Assembly (NCBI GenBank): GCA_016936655.1
Contig: JAFGXL010000027.1
Location: 672-64,671, forward strand
Direction: 5' to 3'
Source: Nitrospirota bacterium
GTDB taxonomy: Bacteria; Nitrospirota; Thermodesulfovibrionia; Thermodesulfovibrionales; Dissulfurispiraceae
DNA: 64,000 nucleotides
The translations under genes were made by a program, and so were the position numbers. This document shows, one piece after another, positions 54,131 through 63,583 of the stretch. The notes under the pieces were generated by a model. That model made no database searches and was not told the DNA's origin. It worked only from the letters and a program-made list of their open reading frames with translations. Numbering within the stretch: the stretch's first letter is position 1; each line of letters begins with the position of its first letter.

Positions 54131-55024
54131 ATGGACCTGAAGCTCTTTATTGAAGAACGAAAGCAGCTTGTAGATGATTTTATCCAGACTTATTTTACGC
54201 AGAAGCCTGTAAGGCCTGAGGCGCTCAACAAATCCATAGTCTATTCACTCGAAGCAGGCGGCAAAAGAATAAGGCCTCTGCTCTGCATGGCTGCTTATGA
54301 GATATTTGGCGGCAGGCCTCAGGATGTTGCGGGCTTTGCTACTTCCCTTGAGTTTATACACACCTACTCACTAATACATGATGATCTACCTGCAATGGAT
54401 AATGATGATCTTCGGCGCGGCAAACCCACAAACCATAAGGTCTTTGGCGAGGGTATGGCGATACTTGCAGGCGATGCGCTGCTTACAGAGGCATTCAGCC
54501 TTATTGCTGATCCAGCAATAAATCAGCTTCAGCTCAAGTCTTCCTCAATACTAAAGTTTGTGCGCGAGATATCCATAGCATCAGGGGCTCATGGTATGGT
54601 GGGAGGACAGGCTCAGGACCTTCTTTCAGAAGATGCTGAACCTGATGAAAATACACTCTCGTTCATACATCATCATAAAACAGCAGCCTTGATAACCGTA
54701 TCTGTAAGGGCAGGCGGCATTCTTGCCATGTGCGACGAGCAGGCTATGATACGCCTCACAAAGTACGGGAACAACCTTGGTCTGGCTTTTCAGGTGACTG
54801 ATGATATACTCGATGTCGAAGGCACAACAGAGCAGATGGGCAAGCCCAGAGGCTCTGACGAAAAGATGAATAAGATGACTTATCCAAAACTTTACGGACT
54901 TGATGAATCGCGCCGCAAGGCAAGAGAACTTATAGATGATGCTGTTGAAGCGATCTCTGTTTTTGACAGCAAGGCTGATCCGCTTAGAGAGATCGCTCGC
55001 TATCTGCTCTCCAGAAAGAGCTGA
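54131..55024 (+). CDS. ispA: polyprenyl (farnesyl/geranylgeranyl) diphosphate synthase
   Basis: FARM motif LIHDDLPAMDNDDLRRGKPT and SARM motif FQVTDDILD. Confidence 0.9.
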   Translation: MDLKLFIEERKQLVDDFIQTYFTQKPVRPEALNKSIVYSLEAGGKRIRPLLCMAAYEIFGGRPQDVAGFATSLEFIHTYSLIHDDLPAMDNDDLRRGKPTNHKVFGEGMAILAGDALLTEAFSLIADPAINQLQLKSSSILKFVREISIASGAHGMVGGQAQDLLSEDAEPDENTLSFIHHHKTAALITVSVRAGGILAMCDEQAMIRLTKYGNNLGLAFQVTDDILDVEGTTEQMGKPRGSDEKMNKMTYPKLYGLDESRRKARELIDDAVEAISVFDSKADPLREIARYLLSRKS

Positions 55025-55050
55025 AATGCTGCTTACGAGGTGTCCTGAAG

Positions 55051-56973
55051 ATGTATCTCGAACATATCGAATATCCTGATGATCTTAAAAAGCTGACGCT
55101 GGAGCAGCTGAACATTCTTTCTGATGAAATACGAGCTGCTGTTATAAAGCGCACAGCTGTAAACGGCGGGCATCTTGCATCAAATCTTGGAGTTGTTGAG
55201 CTTACAATAGCAATGCATTATATATTCAACGCTCCTGAAGACAAATTTATATGGGATGTCGGACATCAGTCTTATGTACATAAGCTGCTTACCGGCAGGC
55301 AGAAGCTTTTTAATACTCTCAGAAGACATGGCGGCATATCCGGATTTCCGAAGATTTCAGAAAGTTCATACGATGCATTCGGCACAGGTCACAGTTCGAC
55401 CTCCATATCAGCAGCACTCGGCATAGCAGAGGCCAGAGACAGGCTGGGCGAAAAGTTCAAGGTTATAGCTGTAATAGGAGATGGTGCTCTCTCTGGAGGC
55501 CTCGCTTTTGAAGGGCTTAACCATGCAGGACATCTCAAAAAAGACATTATCGTCATACTAAATGACAATGAGATGTCGATTTCTCCGAATGTTGGAGCAG
55601 TATCAGCATACCTTAATAGAATACTGACGAGTGATTTCTACAAAAAGTTCAGAAAAGAGACAAAGCTGTTTCTGGAGCAGATACCGCGCATAGGAGAGTC
55701 TGTCGCAAAAATAGCTCAGAGGGCTGAGGGAAGCCTCAAAGGATTCATATTGCCCGGAGCTTTTTTTGAAGATCTTGGGTTTAATTATATAGGACCAATC
55801 GACGGACATGACCTTATGCTGATGACAGAGACATTCAAGAAAATAAAGGAGATCAGCGAACCACTGATCATACATATAGTTACGCAAAAAGGCAGGGGGT
55901 ATAAGTTTTCTGAAGATGACCCTTGCGGATTTCATGGTGTAGGCCCTTTTGAACTCGAGACCGGTGCTTCGATAAAGGTGGAGGCATCTAATACATATGA
56001 TGATGCAAAAAAGAGTCTGCACAAACCAAGAGTATGTTCCAGCATGAGCGAAGTTTTTGGCAAGACATTGACTACGCTTGCTGAAAATGACAGCCGTATT
56101 TCCGCGGTTACTGCAGCTATGAAAGAGGGTACAGGGCTTTCATGTTTTGCAGAAAAATTTCCGGACAGGATTTACGATGTTGGTATAGCAGAAGGCCATT
56201 CTGTCACATTTTCTGCAGGCATGGCTGTGCATGGACTGAGGCCGGTTGTTGCGCTTTACTCTACATTTATCCAAAGAGCTGTTGATCAGATTGTTCATGA
56301 TGTATGCCTCCAGAATCTTCCTGTTGTTTTTGCAATAGACAGAGCCGGCATAGTTGGTGAAGACGGCCCTACTCATCACGGAATTTTTGATATAGCGCTG
56401 CTCAGAAGCATCCCGAACATCACAATCATGTCTCCTGCTGACGGAGCTGAACTTGCTGCCATGCTCTCATTTGCACTCAACCTGAACGCACCATGCGCGA
56501 TAAGATATCCAAGAGGCAAGGCTTATGATATAGACCTTCCTGAACTGAAGCGCGATATCACCCTGGGAAAAGGAGAGCTTCTATTTGAAGGAACTGACGC
56601 TGCGGTAATAGCTCTCGGCAATATGGTGCTGCCTGCGCTAAAGGCAGCCGCCATGCTTAAGGAAGAGGGGCTGAATATTGCTGTAGCAGATGCGAGATTT
56701 GTTAAGCCGCTTGATAGTGATCTGATATTGGGACTTGCAAAGAAAACAGGGAGAATTGTAACCATAGAAGACGGCTGCGCTTCAGGAGGATTCGGCTCTG
56801 CAGTACTTGAGCTTATAAATAGATCAGGCATAAAGGATGTATCTGTAAAAATTCTTGGCATAGAAGATAAATTTGTTGAACATGGACCGCAGGCTGTATT
56901 GTTAGAAAAGTGCGGGCTTGATGAAAAAGGTATATATAAATCTGTCCTTAACTTTATAAAACATGGCATCTAG
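55051..56973 (+). CDS. dxs: 1-deoxy-D-xylulose-5-phosphate synthase
   Basis: GGHLASNLGVVELT, GHQSYVHKLLTGR and the ThDP motif GDGALSGGLAFEGLN. 640 aa. Confidence 0.95.
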   Translation: MYLEHIEYPDDLKKLTLEQLNILSDEIRAAVIKRTAVNGGHLASNLGVVELTIAMHYIFNAPEDKFIWDVGHQSYVHKLLTGRQKLFNTLRRHGGISGFPKISESSYDAFGTGHSSTSISAALGIAEARDRLGEKFKVIAVIGDGALSGGLAFEGLNHAGHLKKDIIVILNDNEMSISPNVGAVSAYLNRILTSDFYKKFRKETKLFLEQIPRIGESVAKIAQRAEGSLKGFILPGAFFEDLGFNYIGPIDGHDLMLMTETFKKIKEISEPLIIHIVTQKGRGYKFSEDDPCGFHGVGPFELETGASIKVEASNTYDDAKKSLHKPRVCSSMSEVFGKTLTTLAENDSRISAVTAAMKEGTGLSCFAEKFPDRIYDVGIAEGHSVTFSAGMAVHGLRPVVALYSTFIQRAVDQIVHDVCLQNLPVVFAIDRAGIVGEDGPTHHGIFDIALLRSIPNITIMSPADGAELAAMLSFALNLNAPCAIRYPRGKAYDIDLPELKRDITLGKGELLFEGTDAAVIALGNMVLPALKAAAMLKEEGLNIAVADARFVKPLDSDLILGLAKKTGRIVTIEDGCASGGFGSAVLELINRSGIKDVSVKILGIEDKFVEHGPQAVLLEKCGLDEKGIYKSVLNFIKHGI

Positions 56974-57012
56974 TAAAGAGCAAAAACATTATAGTTTTGT
57001 AGCGCATAATCA

Positions 57013-57228
57013 ATGAAATACGATCCAATTAACAGAGAAGATCTCCAGAAGCGGCTCAGAATGCTTATGAGCGATTATGAGGACCTCAAAGAGACGATGA
57101 GCTTTCACTTCAACTATACATCCGCGCATATAAGCAGCAAAAAGGTTAAAAAAGATGAGGAGTGCCTGCAAAGCCTCCAGGATGAAATAAGGAAGATAGA
57201 GGATATGCTTTCAGAAAATTGCGGATAA
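57013..57228 (+). CDS. hypothetical small protein (71 aa)
   Basis: ORF only, with no obvious SD. Helical, charged composition. Confidence 0.3.
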   Translation: MKYDPINREDLQKRLRMLMSDYEDLKETMSFHFNYTSAHISSKKVKKDEECLQSLQDEIRKIEDMLSENCG

Positions 57229-57256
57229 TTATCCCTTAGTAAAAGGAGGCTGCAAG

Positions 57257-57490
57257 ATGAATACATTAAAACTTGTTCTGTTCATTGTGCTGGTTGCTGC
57301 ACTGGGGCTTGTAATAATTCAGAATCAAACAGCAGTGGAGACTCGATTTCTCTGGATTACTGTCTCTATGCCTGCTGTGCTTCTGCTCTTTTTAACTGCA
57401 TCATCCGGGTTTGTGCTCGGCATACTAGCCTCATTCTTTATAAAGAAAAAACCACATGACACAAAAGGTTTTCCAAGTTCAAAAGCGTAA
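57257..57490 (+). CDS. LapA/DUF1049-like small membrane protein
   Basis: Two TM helices separated by QNQTAVETRFLW. AAAGGAGG SD. Confidence 0.55.
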   Translation: MNTLKLVLFIVLVAALGLVIIQNQTAVETRFLWITVSMPAVLLLFLTASSGFVLGILASFFIKKKPHDTKGFPSSKA

Positions 57491-57516
57491 TTTAGTTGCA
57501 ATGAACTTTTAATAAA

Positions 57517-57564
57517 CTAGGGGATGTCTGCCAAAGGCGGACATCCCCTAGTTAGTCTTTTTTT
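57517..57564. terminator. bidirectional intrinsic terminator
   Basis: A 16-bp stem CTAGGGGATGTCTGCC (57517-57532) / GGCGGACATCCCCTAG (57536-57551) with an AAA loop. A T-run lies at 57558-57564, and an A/T-rich tract on the other side serves the minus-strand gene. Confidence 0.8.
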
Positions 57565-57575
57565 ATATCTTAAGC

Positions 57576-59381
57576 CTAAACGCTTTTTGGATATCGCAGG
57601 CTCTCTACCATCTCCTGAACTTCAGCAGGAGGTTCTTTGGTCATTTTTGATACTACATATGTTACAGCAAAGTTTATGAGCATGCCTATTGTGCCTATGC
57701 CTTCAGGCGATATGCCCCAGAGCCAGTTTTTGTCTATATTAAGCTCTGGATGCATAAACTTGAAGTATATTATGTAGGCAGTTGTAAAGCCCATGCCTGT
57801 GAGCATGCCTGTTATGGCGCCCTCTTTTGTTGTCTTCTTCCAGAATATGCCCATAATAATGATCGGGAAGAATGATGAAGCAGCCAGACCAAACGCAAAG
57901 GCAACCACCTGGGCAACAAAGCCCGGAGGATGTATGCCGAAGTATCCGGCAACCACAACCGCAAATCCTGCTGCAATTCGCGCCCACATCAGCTCTTTCT
58001 TTTCTGATATGTTTTTTGATATTACATTTTTTATAAGATCATGCGATATTGACGATGATATCACCAGCAAGAGTCCTGCTGCTGTTGACAGAGCCGCAGC
58101 GAGTCCGCCGGCTGCAACGAGAGCTACGACCCATGCAGGCAGTTTCGCAATCTCAGGATTTGCGAGCACGATTATATCATTATCAATGTATATTTCGTTC
58201 TTGCTCTTTTCTATTGGCGTCTGTTTTGTTGAGACAACCTTTTCTCCATGCTGACCGGTTTTCATAGCTCCTAAAGAATCTTTTTCAAATGCTATTTTTC
58301 CGGCAAACGCATTGCCCGGGGCATACTGGATTTTGCCGTCGCCATTTTTGTCTTTCCATGCTGCAAGGCCGGTCTTTTCCCAGTTTTTGAACCATGAGGG
58401 AGCCTCAGTGTAAGTTTTTTCATTAATTGTCTGTATCATGTTTATGCGCGCAAACGAAGCAACCGCAGGCGCTGTTGTGTAGAGTATGGCTATAAAAAGC
58501 AAAGCCCACCCTGCAGAGGCGCGCGCGCCTTTTATTGTTGGTGTTGTGAAGAAGCGGATTATGATGTGAGGGAGACCGGCTGTGCCGACCATCAGCGCAA
58601 AGGTGATCATGAATACATCGATCATGCTCTTTGAGCCCCTGCCTGTGTATTCAGGGAATCCCAGGTCTTTCTGTATTCCGTTCAGTTTGTCGAGCAGGTA
58701 TCCTGCATCAGTATTGAGCAGCTTTGCTCCAGCTTCGCTGAGCGAAGATCCGTATCCCAACTGTGGAATTGGATTGTTTGTGAGCATTATCGATATGAAT
58801 ATCGCCGGTATCAGATAAGCAAATATAAGCACACAGTACTGCGCAACCTGTGTGTATGTTATACCCTTCATACCGCCGAGCACAGCATAGAAAAAGACTA
58901 TCGCCATGCCTATAAGCACGCCTGTGTTTATGTCAACTTCAAGAAAACGCGAAAATACGACTCCAACGCCTCTCATCTGTCCTGCTACATAAGTGAATGA
59001 CACAAAGATGGCGCATATAACAGCAACAACTCGAGCGGATTGCGAATAATAACGCTCTCCCACAAACATCGGAACTGTATATTTTCCGTACTTCCTGAGA
59101 TATGGAGCCAGCAGCATAGCCAGAAGGACATATCCGCCTGTCCATCCCATAAGGTACATTGCGCCGTCTCTTCCAAGGAATGAGATGAGTCCGGCCATTG
59201 ATATAAATGATGCTGCAGACATCCAGTCAGCTCCAGTTGCCATGCCGTTTGCAATTGGATGCACCTGTTTTGCTGCAACATAAAATTCACCCGTGCTCTT
59301 AGCCCTTGCCCATATAGCTATTCCTATATAAAGGGCAAACGAGATGCCGACAATAATCCATGTCCAGGCTAAAATGCTCAT
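57576..59381 (-). CDS. sodium:solute symporter (SSS family, large subunit of the DUF4212-associated VC_2705-like subfamily; ActP-like)
   Basis: 601 aa, about 13-14 TM, with an internal soluble insert. Lies immediately downstream of a DUF4212-type small subunit. Confidence 0.8.
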   Translation of the reverse strand: MSILAWTWIIVGISFALYIGIAIWARAKSTGEFYVAAKQVHPIANGMATGADWMSAASFISMAGLISFLGRDGAMYLMGWTGGYVLLAMLLAPYLRKYGKYTVPMFVGERYYSQSARVVAVICAIFVSFTYVAGQMRGVGVVFSRFLEVDINTGVLIGMAIVFFYAVLGGMKGITYTQVAQYCVLIFAYLIPAIFISIMLTNNPIPQLGYGSSLSEAGAKLLNTDAGYLLDKLNGIQKDLGFPEYTGRGSKSMIDVFMITFALMVGTAGLPHIIIRFFTTPTIKGARASAGWALLFIAILYTTAPAVASFARINMIQTINEKTYTEAPSWFKNWEKTGLAAWKDKNGDGKIQYAPGNAFAGKIAFEKDSLGAMKTGQHGEKVVSTKQTPIEKSKNEIYIDNDIIVLANPEIAKLPAWVVALVAAGGLAAALSTAAGLLLVISSSISHDLIKNVISKNISEKKELMWARIAAGFAVVVAGYFGIHPPGFVAQVVAFAFGLAASSFFPIIIMGIFWKKTTKEGAITGMLTGMGFTTAYIIYFKFMHPELNIDKNWLWGISPEGIGTIGMLINFAVTYVVSKMTKEPPAEVQEMVESLRYPKSV

Positions 59382-59419
59382 TTGCGATTACCTCCCGTAA
59401 ACTTTATAGTTTTTATTTT

Positions 59420-59680
59420 TTAAGTTTCCTGAACATTATATTTAATGTCTAGTTTATTCATGAGCCTTACATATACAGCTATGAGTATCACAAATGTGAC
59501 CTCAGAGCCCTGATTTGCGAACCAGAATCCGAGCGGGAACCCGAAGAATTTAATACTGTCCAGTGTGTCTGCCAGCATAATACCGCAAAGAAACGATACA
59601 GCAAACCAGATGGAAAGCAGTATGACAATATATGTCAGATTTTCCTTCCAATATGCTGCGTAGTGCTCTTTTGTTGCCAT
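59420..59680 (-). CDS. DUF4212 small membrane protein (putative solute symporter small subunit)
   Basis: 86 aa, two TM helices, and a FFGFPLGFWFANQGS motif. The position directly upstream of the SSS gene is typical. Confidence 0.7.
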   Translation of the reverse strand: MATKEHYAAYWKENLTYIVILLSIWFAVSFLCGIMLADTLDSIKFFGFPLGFWFANQGSEVTFVILIAVYVRLMNKLDIKYNVQET

Positions 59681-59759
59681 TTTACCCTCCTTTATTATTT
59701 GTTCAGTGTTGTGAAACGCCTTTTTTGTGCATCCGGTTTTTTATATCTGCACCTCCCTT

Positions 59760-60482
59760 TTATGATCTGCTCAAGCGCAGAAGATCTCGCACTGTTTCTA
59801 TACCGAAGTGCTCCAGCTTGCCTATGAATCTCTGAAAAAGCTGTGCAGTCACAAATGCATCAGAAAGTGCGTTGTGAGCGCTGGATATGGTTATACCATT
59901 ATTTTTTGCGATCTCAAAAAGACTCGCTCCTTGTGTATGCATAGGGCAGAATGCATCAATGTTCTCATCCCGTTTTTTTATATAGCAGTGCATCTTGAAG
60001 GTGTCCAGTGCAGGATTCTGCATATTAAAACCTGCAATTTTCTTTACTTCCTTGTTGATGAACGAGATGTCTATATCAACACAGTGGCCGACTATAACCC
60101 TTCCTTTGCAGAAATTAATGAATTCTGGCAGAAGTATTCCTATGCCTGGGCATTCCATTGCTTCTGTGGGGGTTATACCATGTATAACGATACTCTCTTT
60201 TTTGAGGTCTGTTTCAGGTTGAATAACCCTGTAAAAAAAGTTGCCAAGCTCTATTTTCCCTGCTGTCACCTTTATGGCTCCTATAGAGACAATAGAGTCC
60301 TTTTTCAGATCAAGTCCTGTAAGTTCTGTATCTATAACAACAAAATTTGCGCTGTTCAGCGGCTTATCCATCTCTGATTCTGCGGAGCAGAGCAGATTTT
60401 CCAGAAGCGATGGCCTGACATCAGGCTTAGCGCATACTTTTTTTAGAAGCAGATTCTTGTATGCAGCTATTGAAAAGGGCAT
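59760..60482 (-). CDS. DEDDh 3'-5' exonuclease domain protein (DnaQ/Pol III epsilon-like)
   Basis: Exo I VVIDTELTGL, Exo II GHCVDIDISF, Exo III HNALSDAFVTAQLF. The ATG overlaps the upstream stop (TAATG). Confidence 0.8.
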   Translation of the reverse strand: MPFSIAAYKNLLLKKVCAKPDVRPSLLENLLCSAESEMDKPLNSANFVVIDTELTGLDLKKDSIVSIGAIKVTAGKIELGNFFYRVIQPETDLKKESIVIHGITPTEAMECPGIGILLPEFINFCKGRVIVGHCVDIDISFINKEVKKIAGFNMQNPALDTFKMHCYIKKRDENIDAFCPMHTQGASLFEIAKNNGITISSAHNALSDAFVTAQLFQRFIGKLEHFGIETVRDLLRLSRS

Positions 60483-62401
60483 TATATAAGCCTCCCCAGC
60501 ATGTAATGGCTGTTTATAATGTCCTGCACTTTTGTGATGAGCTGGCAGATCTGCTTAAGGGTCATCCTTTCAAGGTTGCTCAGCTTATCAGGGTTTATAA
60601 AGTTGTCAGGCTGAGCTCCGGTCTCTATCTGAGCTACCTGGTGGTGTATGCGCAGCAGCATAATGAATTCAAAGGCGTACTGCAGCTCGTCTCCGAATTC
60701 TTTGATAACATTGTGAATGCCTTTGAGCTTTTCTATTCTTTCTATTGTTGATGTTTCTGGTATTTGCTTTTCCAGACTATATAGCCGTGCTATATTTAGC
60801 AGCGGCGCTATAATTTTGAATTTAAGATTCAGCTGATTTTTGTGTTCTCCGCTCTTTTCGACAACAAATGTCTTGAAAAAGCCGAGAGGCGGCCTTACAT
60901 TTACCGTCATTCTTGCCATCTGCAGAAAGAACATGTCTTGGTTTTTCAGGCTATTGAGCAGATGTGTTTTCAGGCTGTCTCCAAGAGAGATGTCTCCGTA
61001 TACAGGCCTAAAATCAAAAAGTATAACAGAGGCTAATATTGCTTCTGATTTTGGCGTGGTTATCCAGTCTGTGAAGTATCGTTTCCATACAGACAGCGGT
61101 TGTCTCCACTTTGGATTGCTTGCCATATAGTTGCCTGTGCAGAGACTGAAACCGCACTGTAGCAGTGAATTTTTTACAAACTCCGCGAACTTCTCAAAAT
61201 ACTCCTCAGCAGCTTTTGCCTCTGCTTGGTTTTTAGGATCAGCATAGATTATTGCATTGTCCTGGTCTGTACGGAATGTCTGTTCTTTTCTGCCTTCGCT
61301 TCCATATACTATCCAGCAGTATGGCAGAGGTGGCTTGCCGAACTTTTTCTCTGCAATCTCGAGTATGCGTGTAACCAGACTGTCATTTATTTCTGATATT
61401 ATTGTTGTTATGTTTACAGCTTTTGCGCCCTCTTTTAGGAGCATGCCTATAAGGTTGTTTATTCTTTTGGATATCGGAGCCAGTCCTTCTACAGTCTGCT
61501 GGTCTTCAATCTCCTGTGCTATACATATAGGCGACTTGCCTTGCAGTATCATCAGATCGTGATTGGTGATCATGCCGGATAGCTTGCCCTCTTTTATAAC
61601 GAGCAGATGATGTATCTTGTGGCGTATCATCTTTAAAACAGCTTCATAGCAATAGTCTTTGGCATCAACCCTTATAAGAGGCAGGCTCATTATTGTGGAA
61701 ATAGGCTTATTGATGTCTTCAGCTTTTGCCACAACCTTTTCTCTCATGTCCCTGTCTGTGACAATGCCTTCCGGCAAGCCATCCTTATCAACCACTATGA
61801 CTGAGCTTATCCTGTTGCTGGCCATTGTCTGTGCTGTATTAAAAATGGAGCTGCTTTTTTCTACAGTAACTATGTCTCTGCTGTTGATCTCTCCAACTTG
61901 TGTTGTATAAAGTATGCGGTCGCTGCCGCCAAGAAGCCTGCTGGAGTTCATCTCCATGAGAACCTTATCCATATATTTTGATATATGAGATTTGAGGAAA
62001 TATTCCGTAAAAACAGCATTTGTATCGAGCAGGGAGAGAATCCTGTTTTTATCCAGCAGGCAACATGTTGTATCCTCAATCGCTACAACTGTTGTTTTCT
62101 GTGTTCCGCCCTCTATTATTGACCAGAGTCCAAAACTGTCTCCTTCTCCTCTATAGTCAACAATCAGATCTTGTCCTTCAGGTGAGCGCAGTGATACTTT
62201 GACCCCGCCTTTTATGACTATTCTCAGTGAGTCGCTCGCTGGTCCATTCTGTTTAAGTATGTTAGTGCCTTTTGTATAATCCTGAATCGTTATATTTTTG
62301 CATATATCAATAAGGTCAGAATCCGCAAGGAACTGGAAAGGAGGTGCTTTTTTTAGAAATTCGTTAATGGATTCAGTATTCATAATAATATTATGGAGCA
62401 A
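60482..62401 (-). CDS. cNMP-binding + tandem CBS + DUF294 nucleotidyltransferase + DUF294_C protein
   Basis: 639 aa. An N-terminal cyclic-nucleotide-binding beta-roll (..GDSFGLWSIIEG..), a CBS pair, and a GlnD/PII-uridylyltransferase-like NTase core (..YGSEGRKEQTFRTDQDNAIIY..). TTG start at 62401 or ATG at 62383. Confidence 0.75.
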   Translation of the reverse strand: MLHNIIMNTESINEFLKKAPPFQFLADSDLIDICKNITIQDYTKGTNILKQNGPASDSLRIVIKGGVKVSLRSPEGQDLIVDYRGEGDSFGLWSIIEGGTQKTTVVAIEDTTCCLLDKNRILSLLDTNAVFTEYFLKSHISKYMDKVLMEMNSSRLLGGSDRILYTTQVGEINSRDIVTVEKSSSIFNTAQTMASNRISSVIVVDKDGLPEGIVTDRDMREKVVAKAEDINKPISTIMSLPLIRVDAKDYCYEAVLKMIRHKIHHLLVIKEGKLSGMITNHDLMILQGKSPICIAQEIEDQQTVEGLAPISKRINNLIGMLLKEGAKAVNITTIISEINDSLVTRILEIAEKKFGKPPLPYCWIVYGSEGRKEQTFRTDQDNAIIYADPKNQAEAKAAEEYFEKFAEFVKNSLLQCGFSLCTGNYMASNPKWRQPLSVWKRYFTDWITTPKSEAILASVILFDFRPVYGDISLGDSLKTHLLNSLKNQDMFFLQMARMTVNVRPPLGFFKTFVVEKSGEHKNQLNLKFKIIAPLLNIARLYSLEKQIPETSTIERIEKLKGIHNVIKEFGDELQYAFEFIMLLRIHHQVAQIETGAQPDNFINPDKLSNLERMTLKQICQLITKVQDIINSHYMLGRLI

Positions 62402-62890
62402 ATATTGTGCCTGTCCAGTTTAATCTAAAAACAAAATAAAAAACCTCTAAAAAACAATGAAAAATATGAATTGCTTATTGCTAATAGCGGATATGTTTTT
62501 TGACTGAGGTTACATGAAGTAACATATATTTTCTGCTCTTGTAAAAATCCTCATATTTCAATAAGATAATTATATGTTTTTGGGTAGCACTGCATCTTGC
62601 GGTTTGAGTAAAAAAGTAGCATTAAACTAAAAATAACATATTTTATAAGCAGTTATTAATAAAATCAGTAAATTCAGCAGTTTTTTTCTGTATATCCATT
62701 GAAAATTTGTATACTGCTTTTTTCTCTAATTTCTTTAGCATCACAACCCTAAAAACTATCGCATAGAACACAGCTTGTTCCAAAATATAGAGCTAAAATA
62801 ATTATTTTTTTGTTTGCAATCAAGATATTTATTTGTAATAGTTTAATTATAAAGGTTATTAGTTAAATAACATTTGTACAAGGAGGGGCT

Positions 62891-63583
62891 ATGGATCAAA
62901 GCGGGAATGATCGAAGGCTTTTTATGAAGAATGGCCTGATAGCTGCAGCCGGAGTTATCACTCTCGGCACTGTATCAGGTGCAGCAGAGGCAGCAAAGAC
63001 CAAAAAGTACGCGATGATTATTGATCTGAACAGATGTACAGGGTGCCAGTCGTGTGTAATAGCATGCAAGGCCCAGAACGACACGCTTATTGATCACTTC
63101 AACACTAAAGTTGTTTCTCTTGAAGACGGCAACTATCCATCATCAAGAGTTGTATACACCCCTGTGCAGTGCAATCAGTGTGAGAATCCTCCTTGTGTGC
63201 CTGCATGTCCGCTTAAGGCAACCTTTAAGCTCGCAAACGGAATTGTAGTTACTGATTGGGACAAGTGTGTAGGTCTTGGCGCATGCGTGCCTGCATGTCC
63301 ATACGGCGCGCGCTTTCTCGATACCAGACACAAAGGCCAGGTTGGAGGCAAGGTTGACAAGTGTGATTTCTGCGTAAACAGGCTGGAGCAGGGGCTTATG
63401 CCGGCATGTGTCGAGGCATGCGCATCAAAGGCGAGACTCTTTGGCGATGTCAATGCACCCGAGGGTGAGTTTGCTGAATACCTGAAGAGGACAGACCTTG
63501 TTACTCCAAAGGCACATCTGAAGATAAAGACCAGCATCAGATATGTGCCTAACCGCAGAAGTAAAAAAGGAGGTTCGCTATGA
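62891..63583 (+). CDS. Tat-exported 4x[4Fe-4S] electron-transfer subunit of a DMSO-reductase-family oxidoreductase (TtrB/PsrB/NrfC-like)
   Basis: Twin-arginine motif DRRLFMK. Four Cys groups: CTGCQSCVIAC, CNQCENPPCVPAC, CVGLGACVPAC, CDFC...CVEAC. AGGAGGGG SD. Confidence 0.85.
   Translation: MDQSGNDRRLFMKNGLIAAAGVITLGTVSGAAEAAKTKKYAMIIDLNRCTGCQSCVIACKAQNDTLIDHFNTKVVSLEDGNYPSSRVVYTPVQCNQCENPPCVPACPLKATFKLANGIVVTDWDKCVGLGACVPACPYGARFLDTRHKGQVGGKVDKCDFCVNRLEQGLMPACVEACASKARLFGDVNAPEGEFAEYLKRTDLVTPKAHLKIKTSIRYVPNRRSKKGGSL

Noticed and set aside
62580-62602. sigma54-like element TAGCAC-N6-TTGC in the long AT-rich intergenic region
   Set aside because: The near-invariant GG of the -24 box is not intact, and the spacing is one nt longer than TGGCAC-N5-TTGC. 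No enhancer-binding protein gene is nearby.
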